DNA of 64,000 nucleotides. Origin: Rebecca billardiae RCC1528 (lineage: Eukaryota; Protista; Haptophyta). The translations under genes were made by a program, and so were the position numbers. Location of the stretch: assembly GCA_965240325.2 (NCBI GenBank), contig OZ251242.1:930001-994000 (forward strand). Direction: 5' to 3'. Each line of letters begins with the position of its first letter. The first letter of the stretch is position 1. Below, in pieces: positions 46,331 to 57,335 of this stretch. The notes beneath the pieces were generated by a model. The model searched no databases. It saw only the letters and a program-made list of their open reading frames with translations, and had not been told where the DNA came from.

Positions 46331-49051
46331 TGCCGCCGCCGCCGCCGTCGTCCTCGTCCTCGCCGCCGCCCGTCGAGTCGAGGTCGAGCGGCCCTGTGGT
46401 CGCGGCGACGCGGACGACGGTCTCCATCACCTCGTCGAGCTCCGCCTGCGTCGCGCGCGTGCGCAGCCAGATCACCAGCGCGCGCCGCGTGTGCTGCAGC
46501 GCCTCGTACAGCTCGTGCTCCGGGATGGAAAGCGCCGAGCCGCGCGCCGAGCCGGGGCCGTTGCCGTTGCCGGCGTCGCGCGTGTCGAGATTCCACTCGT
46601 GGCGGGTGACGAGGAAGACGAAGGCGGCGACGAGCTCGCGCGCGCGCGGCTCGTCGATCTGGCCCTGCCCGAGCGAGCGCGCGCCGAGCAGCACGTGCGC
46701 GTGCAGCGCGCACATCCGCTTGGTGTTTTCATCCAGCACCCACTCCTCCGAGCGCGCCGCGACCTCGGCAGCGAGCTTCGCGTACCAGCCTCGCACGATG
46801 GCGGCGAGCGGGCCGTGCAGCGCGGCGCGGAGCTCGGCGCGGAAGGCGGAGAGCTCGGGCAGCGCGGCGAGCAGCTGCTTCCGCGGCACCCCGCGGCACT
46901 GCTCCGCGCGGAGCGTCGGGTGCCGCCCGTGGCCCAGCCGGAGCAAGAAGGTAAGATGCGCCTCGACGCGCGCCGCCAGCCGGATCGTGTAAAGGATCAC
47001 CGGCGCCGTGGAGGAGACGGCGTGGCCGGTGTCGAGCTCGACGGCCTGGCGCACGAGGCGGACGAGCGCGTCGCGCAGCAGCGCAGGCGAGTGCACCAGC
47101 TCGTTCAGCAGCAGCCCGTGCGCCGTCGCGAGCAGCTGCGGCTCGGAGGTGGGCACGTCGACAATGTCGCCGCTCGAGTGCCGGAGCGGCAGGTGCGCGC
47201 CGGGTTCGAACAGGATCCCGTCGAGCGCGTCCTGCAGCGGCTGCGACTGCAGCGCGTGGATGCGGTCGTTCTGCGAGAAGAAGGAGAGGACGAGCGGGAT
47301 GCGCATGTACGGCACCGTGAGGAACGAGAGCAGCAGCTCCGAGTCGTGCTGCCCCAGCGCCTTGGCGTTGGTCACGTGCAGCGAGCCAAAGTCCGGCAGG
47401 TCCCACATGTGCAGGACGTCGTCCTCCGAGTCCGCGGGGAACGGCTGCGTGTACTCGGACGGGCTGGAGAGCGGGGCGAAGCGGCGGAGCGGGCCGCCGC
47501 CGGGCGGCGGCCGCGTGATCGCGCTGAGCTCGATGCCGAACGCCTTCACCACGAACGCGCCGTCCTGAAAGCCCCACGCCAGCTCGGCCTGCCGCTGACT
47601 GTAGGGCGAGCCGCGGTACCGCGGCACGCCGTCCGCGTGCCGCTTCGGGTTGGTGAAGAGCTTGGCGTAGAAGCAGATGTCGCGGTAGCAGGCGAACTCG
47701 GGGTGGTTCTTGATGAGCAGCCCGCTGTTGTCGCACACGTACCCCGGGCTCTCGCCCACGCCCTTCGGGTACGCGAGCCGCGAGCACAGCCCGCTCAGGA
47801 AGCGGTGCAGCGAGCGCTCCAGCCGGTGCGTGCGCTCGAACGCAAAGATTGGATCGCGCCGCTCGGCCACGCCCTCGAAGTAGTCGAGCGCGCGGCAGCG
47901 CGCGACGCCGAGCTCGGGCGTGAAGCACAGGATCGCGGGGGACTGCTCGGCGAGCACGCCCGCCGTGGGCGCGTACCCACGGCCCGGGTTGCCCAGCTCG
48001 GCGCCGACGCCGCCGCCGGCGAGGTGCAGGGACACGGGGGACGGCATGTCCGTCGCGACCCGCCGGATCACGGCGTCGGCGATCGCCGCGACGCAGAGCG
48101 GCACGATGGTGCGCACGGCGTCGATCGCGCGCGTGTGCTGCACCGAGGCCACCGCCGCGGCGAAGTGCTCCACCAGCCGCTGCAGCAGGATCAGAATGTC
48201 GAGCTGCGTGTCGTAAGTCATCGGCGTGTCCGCCCACACGCACGCGCGCCGCGCCGCCGCCGCCTTTGCGCCGCCGGTGGGAGTGGTGGCGGCGGTGGGC
48301 GAGGGCAGCGGGGCGGCGCGCGCGCCGTCCGCCGCGCCGCCCGCGCGGCGGCGCGCGGGCGACTCGGGCACGGGCAGCAGCACGGTGAACGTGTGCTGCA
48401 GCATCGCGAGCTGCAGCTGCGTCGCGTTCTTGACCGAGTGCGTCTGCACCGCGAGCAGCGTGCAGAGCCGGTCGCAGTGTCGGAGCGCCTCGACGGCGGT
48501 GGCGAGGTCGGGGATGCGGGTGGGCTGCTGCAGCAGGTCGATGGGGAGGTACAGCGCCAGCTCCTTCTGGCTGCCCGGGTCGACGGGCCCGCGGCGGAGC
48601 AGCCGCTCCGCGAGCGCGTGCAGCGGCGGCGTCGCCGGCGGCTTGGCGAGCCGCCACGGGAACTGAAGCGAGTGGCGTGTCAGCAGGCGGACGCCGTCCG
48701 CCGAGATGATCGAGCGGTCGGACGCGTCGAGCAGCAGCACGCGCGGGATGTCCGAGACGTCGTACGCCTGCGCCAGCTCCGCGCGCTCGCGCGACGCGCC
48801 GAACGGCACGCACAGCCACTCGGGCATCCCCGCCGCGTACGCCGCGTGCGCGTCAGCTTCAGTGTCACACGAGACGTAGACCACTTCGAACGCGTGCCCG
48901 AGCGCGCGCAGCTTGGTGCGCACGGAGCGGAGCTGCGCGGAGAGGCGGACGCACGGCACGCACCACGAGGCGCCAAAGTACAGCGCGACGACCTGCGTGC
49001 CGCCGAGCGCCGCGCTCGTCGGCTCGGCCGCCGAGGGCTGCTGCGCCTCGC

Positions 49052-49096
<45 letters not shown>

Positions 49097-51923
49097 AGCG
49101 CTCGAGCGATTCTCCGAGCAGCTGCGGCCACGTGCGCGTCGCGAGCGCGCGCTCGCTCTCGTTGAGGACGAGCGGCGGCGGCACGTCGGTCGCGGGGCCG
49201 TCCGCCGAGGGCAGCGCGCGCAGCTGCCCCTCGATCCTCTCCAGCTGCTCAGTGAGAGCTGACATCTCAGCAACACTGAGCGGCGCGCCGCGCGGCGCCG
49301 CGGCGCCAGCCGGCGCCGTGGCGCGCGCCGCGCGCGCGCGCGCGGCCTCGCGCTTCCGCCGCGCCATGTACGCGGTGGAGGGCGGGCGCAGGCCCGGGGG
49401 CGGCTCGCCGGCGACCACGCGGCCGAGCGAGTAGGGCGAGTCGGCCGACACGTCGGGGAGCGCCTGTCGCAGCGCGCGAGGACCGTGTGGTGCGTGGTCG
49501 GCGCCGCCGGCTGGCGCGCCGCCGCCACCGCCGCCGGCGCGCGAGGAGGGCAGCCCTCCTTCGGGCGGCGTGAGCGGCTGGTCGTCGGCGTCGTCGGCCG
49601 CGCCCGCCGGCGCCAGCGGCAGCGGCGCGAGCTTCGCCGCGTGGTGCGCCACCGACTCGCAGCCGATCTGGACGATCCGGCGGTCGGCCGAGCTCGCGGC
49701 GCGGACAAAGCCGAGATCATGCGAAGCCATCCGCAGCAGCTCGATGCGGATCATGAGCGTGATGCGCTTGCGCGAGCCGAGGCGCACGCCGCGCAGGGCG
49801 AGCAGGTAGCGCAGCGCGTGCACCAGGCTGCGGTACGCGCCCGTCGACGCGCTCATCTGCGCGCTCATGAACGGCGCGCCGCCGTCGGCGGTCGGCTCGT
49901 CGTCGGGCAAGCGCGCCGCGTCCGCCGCCGCTTCGGCCTCAGCGAGGTGCTCCTCCGTCGGCCGGCCAATCAGGAAGGAGATGAGCACGTCGTAGAGCAC
50001 CGTGCTCGGGCGCACGCGCTGCTGCCCGTCGCCGTTCGTCGCGGCGTAGCACGCCAGCGTCCAGAACGCCTCGTCCGTCGCGCGCTCCCACGGCACACGC
50101 ACGCCGAGGCACGTGCGGTGCTTGAGCTTGGGCGGCGCGGCGCGCGCCGGGTGAGCGGACAGCTGGCGGGGGTCGGTGACGGCGAGGACGAAGCGGCACA
50201 TCGACGGGTCGGCGCGCTCGCGGTCGAGCGCGATGAGCACGGGCTTCCCGCCCAGCATGAACGGGATCAGCGCGCACTCGCCCGCCGCCGTGCGCGAAAC
50301 GTGCCGAGCAATCTCAGCCACCGCGACTCGAAGGTGTCCGGCCGGTAGGGCCATGCTAAGTCTGTGCGCGAGCCGCTTCGACTGCTCGAGGGCGAGGAGG
50401 AGGGAGTTGGCGGACTGCCAGTCGGCGTGGGAGAGCTCGCGGCCGAAGAGCTTCGCCAGGTCGGCGTCGGTGAGCACGCGCCGCCACACCAGCGCGAGCA
50501 CCTCGAGCGACGACGCGGCGGACGGCGGCACGCCCGCGCCTTCGATGCAGTGGTCGGCGAGCGCCGCGCCAAATGCTGGGTGCAGCCAGACGGGCGGCGG
50601 CCGGCCGTACAGGGGCTGCAGCGACATGTTGGCGGCGAGCGACTCGCGGAAGGCGTCGCGCTCGTCCGGCACGTCCGCCTCCGCGCGGATCGCGCGCAGC
50701 TCCGCCGCCACCTCGCTCTCGTCAGCCCAGCGCGCCGCGCGCACGGTCACGTATTTGAGCGCGACACCGCACGCCTCACGCTCGCCGCCCTCGCCGGGCA
50801 GGAGCGCGCACGCGCGCGCGTTGAGCGCGAAGGGGACGACGCCCTGCTGCTGCTTGGGCGGCGGGGGCGCGGCGGGCGGCTTGCCGCCGCGCGCGTACCC
50901 GCGCGCCGGCGCCTCGCGCGCGCTCTCGCCCTCCTCCTCCTCCGCCGCCGCATCCTCCGCTGCCGCCGTCGCCGCGTCGTCACCGCCCTCCTCCGCGTCG
51001 CCGCCGCCGCCGCCACCGGCGGCGGCGGCGGCGGAGGCCTTGTCCGCGCCCGCGCCGTCCGCGCCGCGGCCCGGCTTGCGCGCCTCGAGCTTCACCTCCG
51101 CGCACTTCCGCCCGTCCACGTACGTCGTCAGCTGCTTGCCGCGCCGCGTGACCACGACCCACGCCCAGCGACCGGGCTTGATCGAGACGCCGGCAGCACC
51201 CGGCGTGCCGAGCGCGCCGACGCCGCCGTTCGGAAAGACCTGCACGGCGTCGTGCGCGGCGGCGGCGGCGGCGGCCGCGCCGCCCGCGCCGCCCGTGAAC
51301 AGCGGCAGCGCCGTCGTCGGCAGCGTCTCCAGCCGGATCGCGAGCACGACCGTGTACGTCTGAAGCTGGCCTTCCGAGTCTATCACGTATCGATCGAAGC
51401 CGTGCTCGGCGGTGAGCGAGACGGCGAGGTGCGAGGCGGCGTCGGCGGGCATCTGGAGCGAGCACGTGCCGTCCTCGTCCTCCAGCACCGCCACCTCGCC
51501 GCCCGACGTCAGCGTGAAGCCGTCCGGTAGCCGCGTCGTCCCCGGCTCCGCGGTGCGAAAGTCCGCGGTGGCCTGCGGCTCGTAGTAGCGCGCGTGCTCC
51601 TCGAGGCGCTCGTCGGTGGGGCGCGCGCCGGCCTCCTCGGCGGGGACGGGGCGCGCAGGGCGCGCGAGCCGCGCCGCCGCGCCGCCGTCCTCCGCCTCCT
51701 CGTCCGCGGCCGCGGGCGCGCCCCACGCGGGCGCGCCCGCGTCGCGCACCGCCTCGGCTTCATACGGAAGCGGCGCGTAGCGCGAGGCCTTCGTGACGTC
51801 GGCGTGGTCGAAGTCGGGCGCCTCCTGCCGGCCCGCGCCCTCCTCGAACCCAGCGCCGCCCTTGGCGCCGCTCTTCCCGGGCTTGGCGCCCGGCTTCTTG
51901 CCCGGCTGCCACGACGGCGCCAT
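29395..51923 (-). CDS. Giant ~7,300-aa DUF3638/DUF3645 P-loop (SF2/SecA-like) multidomain protein; exons 51923-45339, 45177-30474 (possible in-frame intron 33855-33706), 30281-30183, 30020-29395
   Basis: Core motifs QMLMGGGKTTVISP, VMDEVD, LAIPFVGKDVPARASEFAHPDV, GFSGTP, ALIDTGAL, DQIHTTGMD and QGAFRMR. Also thioredoxin (YFGASWCVPC), EF-hands (DVDDSGAFEAAEL, DADQNGLISLAE), Tudor, LamG-like and ankyrin (TPLHAA) motifs. The 2289-aa and 5262-aa ORFs join in phase via a GC-AG intron. Confidence 0.85.
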
Positions 51924-52266
51924 TTTCGTGCCGCGCGCCGATGAGTGCGATCACCTCGCACGGCGGCGCGCGGCTTTTGCTGCGGCCGCAGGCCGGGCGC
52001 GAATTACGGTAGTAAGTAGGGTACCCGCCGGAGTTTCGTCGTGTGGCCTCCGGCCCGGCGGCCAACTTTCGTCGCGCGAATCTGATGGATGATCTCCCCG
52101 GCCTTTTTCGGTCTCTGACAGGGCCCAGGCCGCGCGGCGCGTGCCCGCCCGGCGTGGGCGTGCTGTCTTCGCGTCAGGGTGTCCGACGCGGCGTACCCAG
52201 GCACGGGCGGCTGACTGTGCATCTGCCTGCCTGCGGCCGCGTGGCCCGGCGCGCTGGCGCGCCACA

Positions 52267-53776
52267 TCATTGCAGCTTCACGCCTTCGAAGGCCCCGCCG
52301 CCCGGCGCCGCGGGCAGGATCGGGCCGGGCGCGGCCGCGGCCGCGGCGTCGAGGTCGGCCTGCGTGATTGGCTGGAGCAGCGAGTAGATGTTGTGCAGCG
52401 ACGCCGCCTCGTACATGCGCAGCGGCACCTGCAGCTTGCCTTGGAACGGCTTGGCCAGCTCGTGCGCCGCCTTCTGGAAGCACAGGAACACGGTGTAGAT
52501 GAGCGCGACGGTGCACGCCGCGGCGCACCACGCGACCGGCGAGACGAACGTCGCTAGCGAGATTGCAATCAGCAGAGTGAGTGCGCACACGAAAGCGTGG
52601 ATCATCACGAGCAGCAGCAGGCTGTAGATGGGCGGGATGGGCGAGCGGTTGAGCATGGAGAGCTGCGCCGCGCGCGGCGGCGGCGAAAGGTGGCGGCGGG
52701 CGTGTGAGCCAGGAGGCCGCCGTGGCGCGCAGTCGCGCGCGCGGGCACGCGCCGTCGCGCGCCGCGCCGCGCGCGCGCTCGCGCGCGCGCACAGAAGCGA
52801 ACTGGTGCGCCGCAGCCTGCAGCTCGAAGATCAGAGCGCCGCGCAGGCAGCCGTCGATGGCCTGCATCGGCTCGCCCGTGCAGATGTCGCCGACCAGCGT
52901 GGCGACCTGGTTCGACGGCGTCGCCGCCATGCGCACGCGTGCGCCGTCCGGCAGCGCCGCAAGCGCGCACTGCCGCCACGGCCCGGGTGGCGACTTCTCA
53001 AAAGCTTCCGCCGCGGTCGGAGTCTCCAGCTGCAGCGCGCGGCAGAGGGCGTCGAGGAGCGCGGCGAGGTACGCGGCGATCTCGCGCCTGTGCTCGAGCG
53101 GCGAGTTCACGAACGCGGTGCTCACGTTGTGGATCGACGCGAGGAAGTTCGCCACGTACCCCTTCGCATCCCAGAAGCGCTGGTACGCTACGCTGTGTCG
53201 GAACTAGTGCCGCACAGGAGAGAGCGCGCGCGAGAGAGAGAGAGAGAGGGGGGGGGAAGGGCGCGTGGCTGAGAGCTGCGTGCGCGGGGGCGGGCGGGCC
53301 GCGGCGCGAGCGACGCGCGCGCGCACTGTGAGCAGGAGCGAGGTGAGCAGCGAGAACGCCGAGACGGGCGTGCCCATCGCGGACATCTGCGTGTTCAGAA
53401 GGCCGTCGTGCCTCAGGACCAACCCGAGCGCCCACGTCATCGAGATGATGAACGCCCAGCGCAGGGGCAGCCAGACGTAGAGGAAGCGGCGCCAGTAGTC
53501 GATGTCCTCGTCCAGGTAGTCGTACCACGTCTCGCGCCGGCCCAGCCACGGGTGGTCCACGGGGTCGCGCGCGACGAATCTGGCATGCCGCACCTCCTTC
53601 TTGGCCGCGCGCACGCCCACGGGCCCGCGCTCGATCATGCCGCGCTGCGCGGCGAGGCGAGCCACGTCGCGGATGGAGATGACGCGTACGGGCGCGGTCT
53701 CCACCGCGGAGCTCGACGACCCGGGGGCATTCAGCAGCGGCGCGTAGGGGGTGGCTCGGAGCGAGGAGTCGCTCAT
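52267..53776 (-). CDS. Bestrophin-family (UPF0187/YneE-type) anion channel; exons 53776-53327, 53203-52793, 52662-52267
   Basis: Motifs SLLTSLLLT/FRHSVAYQRFWDAK, PIPPIYSLLL and FQKAAHELAKPF. Phase-0 GT-AG introns. Confidence 0.8.
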
Positions 53777-54991
53777 CGTTTTTCCCGCTCGTGGACGCCT
53801 TTCGCCTTTCGGCCCTTTCTGGAAAACTGCTTCCAGCGAGTTCCCGCCCGATGACGTGCCGGTTGACGCAGGGGTGCCTGCGTGCGCAGGGTGACCAACC
53901 GGAGATGACGACGGAACGGCAACATCCTTAGCTGCTGAGCTGCAGCCACTTTACTCACCAGACCGCTGCACGATCGCCAGTCCCTGCTGCGCCCCTCCAC
54001 GCGGCCGGAGATTCGCCTTCGGCGAAACCTGGCGTTGGAGCGCGGTCGGAGGCGCCGAAACGCCCCCTGTCAGCAGCAGCCTGGCAGCAGCGCTGTGCAG
54101 CAACGCATGCAGCCGCAGGCACAGTGCAGCGCGGCAAGCGCGGCAAGCGCGCACGCGGCCGAGCAGGGCGCGCGGGGACGACTGGACCAGCTCACTTCAG
54201 CGGTTGAGACTGCCAGCTGGCATCCGGTCCTGCACCCTCGTCGAGCGTCTCCAGCCGCTCGCCCGGGAGCGAGGTCAATGCGTGCGCGCGCTGGGTGTGG
54301 GCGGGACGGCGGGTCCACGGCGCACAGGCGGCCAGAGCCAGAGGTCGACGAATGGCTCAGCATGCGCAGCTCGTCGACACCTTCGTTCCAGCGCACGAAC
54401 TTCTTGTGTGCCGACGTGGACAGCCGTACGCCAGTGCATGACGAGAGTTTGTGAACTAGAGAGTAGAGTGCACGTTAAAACATAGTAAACTGTAGTACTT
54501 AGAGGGCCGCGCCGCACTTTGAGACAAAGGCGGCGGCCCAGTGGCGCCCGCTAGGTGTGGTGCATGACGCCCGCCTCACACGCGCCACAGCGCCCTGTGA
54601 GGTGGGCGCAAGTCTGTCTAGGCGCGTCACATACTCACATGGGTGCCAAGGTGCCATACGCCTGGCGCCCTGGCACCTCAGGCCACCTCCGCTCGTTTCC
54701 CGGCCGCTCCGCTGCCCATGCCCAGCCTGCACGCACCAACCGTAGCCGTCGAACGTGCCCCGCCACTGTGAGACGCCCGCGAACCGCGATGCACGGTGCC
54801 CCTCAGTGACGTGAGCAAGGTACTACTGCTAGTCTACTACTGCAAGCCAGGCGGGGACGCCAACCGTGTGGTTTGTCGCAAAGAGTGCCCCCCCCCCCCC
54901 CCTGCACTGAGTGAGACAAACTTGATGGTGCCCGTACTCATCAACGGTATGGAGCTAGCCCACGAGACTCGCGGCTTGAACTCTTCGTCTG

Positions 54992-55787
54992 ATGCCCTCC
55001 ACAACGACGTGTGCGAAGGGCGTGAGCCGGTGCGCTCGGCATCGTGGATTCGTGGTCGAATTAATAAGGTTGTCGTCTGGGAATCCGGACGCCGCGTCGC
55101 CGCCCGGCGAACCGTTCGAACAGCATGGCGCCGCCGCCCGGCGCACGCGCAAGGGCACGCCGCAGGAGGACCTGGGCGTGATATGCCGCGATCTCGCGCG
55201 CGAGGCGGTGCGCGTCAGGACCATGCGCACCCGAAGAGACCTCACAGACGCGCGCGACATGGACAACGACCAGCGCAAGGTGTCAGAGTCGATGGCCGAG
55301 GCCGAGAAGTGCCGGCGCGCCATCAACGACGACGACAAGTGGATCAAGCAGGCGAGCACCACCATCAAGCGCGAGCGAGAGGTCATTCGGGATGTCAGCA
55401 AGCTCCGTACGGCGTATCTCGAAGGCGCCGCCGCACTCATCGCGCGCTGTGCCGAGTGCAGCCGCATGGCTGAGGCTCCCGAGGGGCTGCGCTCGCCTGC
55501 GTCGTCCCACGACGGAGGGCACGACATCGACACGGGCGGGCTCAACACCGCCAACCGCCCGTCGGGGCAGGCCGACGAGACCCAGAAGTATGCGGTGTAC
55601 TCATCGGATGCGCTCGGCGCACTCTCAGGCCGCGTTGGGCGCCCACGCGCGCGCGCGTGCTGCCACGAGCACCACGACAAGCCCAAACGTGCACACGGCG
55701 GCCTGCGCGCGCGCCCTAGTGCGCCGGATCCTACAGTCGGATTGCCTCAGGATCGTGCTCGCCGTAGAGTTGGCGGACGAAATCCGG
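54992..55787 (+). pseudogene. Coiled-coil ORF remnant upstream of, and probably interrupted by, the hAT and copia insertions
   Basis: Coding-like codon usage (EDLGVICRDLAREAVR...IKREREVIRDVSKLR). The nearest ATG (55125) is out of frame. Confidence 0.35.
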
Positions 55788-56963
55788 CAGGGGCTGGTGC
55801 TCGCAGCGAGGCACTCGCGGTGCGAGTGCGAGCAGGGCGCGAGCGCGAGTGCGAGCAGGGCACTCGCACTCGCGCTCGCAAGGCGCCGATCCGGCCCAGC
55901 GGGCTTGCGAGTCAACTCGCAAAGGTACTCGCAAGGTGCGGTCTAGCGCGAGTATGCGAGTTGGCGCGAGCAGAAGTGCGAGTCCCTGGGCGGCCTCGTG
56001 ACCGCCTGCACGGCAGGCGAGTCACAAAGCGTCAAAGCCTCGCTGCCCCCGCCCAGGGCGGCAAATGGCGAGCTCATCGGCGGCGCCGGTCGCTTCGGCG
56101 CCTGCGTCGGCGCCGGCTGCCGAGATCACCGTCTGGTCGCTGTCGAACCAGCGCGGGGTGATCGACCCGGCCTGGCTCGATCTGCCCCCCAACGGCAAAG
56201 GTGTCTCGCTCTTGTGGACGCACGTCCACCCCATCTCGCAAGCGGCGCCGACCGACTTCTCGTACGTTCAGGTGGGCAGTCAGTCGAGCAACCCGAAGCT
56301 GTACACGCACGTGTGCGTCATGCCGGGATGCGGCCAGCGCTTCACGCTCCCCCTCGACAAGGTGCGCTCGAAGGGGGGCAAGTCGGTCTTCACGATCACA
56401 AACGCGGGCAACCACCTGAAGACGATGCACCCGCTGACCGAGTACAGCAAGAAGGCCTCCATCAAGGCGGACGAGGCAGCGCTGGGGGCGAAGCGGACCA
56501 TGCAGCAGGTGGGCATGTCGGTGAGTATGCCCGTCGAGAAGCAGCTCAAGCAATCGGGCCTCCTCGCTGCGGGCTTCAAGAAGGTGTCGCGCGCCGACAA
56601 ACAGCTGGCGACGCAGGCGCGATGGCAGGGTGGTCAGGGCGGCGGGTCGGGTGTAAGGCATGCTCTACTAGGGCCAAATAGGGCCAAAAAATTTCTTCGC
56701 CTCAGGCCGGCGGGGCCCCGGGGGAGGCCCCCCGGACCCCCCGCTGGGCGTGTCCGGGGGCTGCGCCCCCGGACACGTTGCCAGTTGGGCCTCGCACTTT
56801 GCGAGTTGGGACTCGCACTTTACTCGCACTCGCACTCGCAGCCGCCCATTCCGCCCAGTGGGCCTGCGAGTTCAACTCGCAGTGCACTCGCAAAGTCCCC
56901 TCAAAAGTGCGAGTGCGAGTTCACTCTACTCGCAGCCGCGGAAAGTGCGAGCGACGGTCCCTG
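55788..56963 (+). mobile_element. Non-autonomous (internally deleted) hAT DNA transposon
   Basis: 8-bp TSD AAATCCGG at 55780-55787 and 56964-56971. Imperfect TIRs CAGGGgctggtGCTCGCA / CAGGGaccgtcGCTCGCA. Dense subterminal ACTCGC/GCGAGT motifs at both ends. Confidence 0.88.
56065..56625 (+). pseudogene. N-terminal fragment of hAT transposase (BED zinc finger)
   Basis: SLLWTHV...HVCVMPGCG...TITNAGNHLKTMHP. Coding character is lost after QARW, and there is no DDE domain. Confidence 0.78.
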
Positions 56964-57005
56964 AAATCCGGGCTTGCGCGGGCTCCGGCCGCAATCCATC
57001 GACAA

Positions 57006-57335
57006 TGTCAAGATCCAACGTTACCCGGACTCGCTCTCCCGTGCGTACACACCCGGATCACCAACCGTCACACTACACCAGACTACACCGACATTCATTA
57101 TCGAGTCGGGATCATACACGCGCCCATCATGGCCACTTTCCCGACTTACCCGTTGATGGCTATCAGTGCCTCCAGCACAGTCTTAGACGGCTCGGGATTC
57201 CTTCCTCGCCAGGGCAGTTCAGTTCCGTATCGCTTCACTGCACCTCGAGTCGAACTCCAGTCCCTCGGGGCATCCTCGCCCCCCTCGTCACGCTCTCGGG
57301 CCTCACGGCCCTGTCGCTCTCTTCACCCTTTGACA
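57006..57335 (+). repeat. 5' LTR
   Basis: TGTCAAG...TTTGACA, identical by eye to 63358-63687. Confidence 0.96.

Noticed and set aside
55788-55988. Stand-alone 200-bp MITE (CAGGG...CCCTG)
   Set aside because: Its flanks give no TSD. The matching 8-bp TSD is at 56964, so this is the left subterminal region of the larger hAT.
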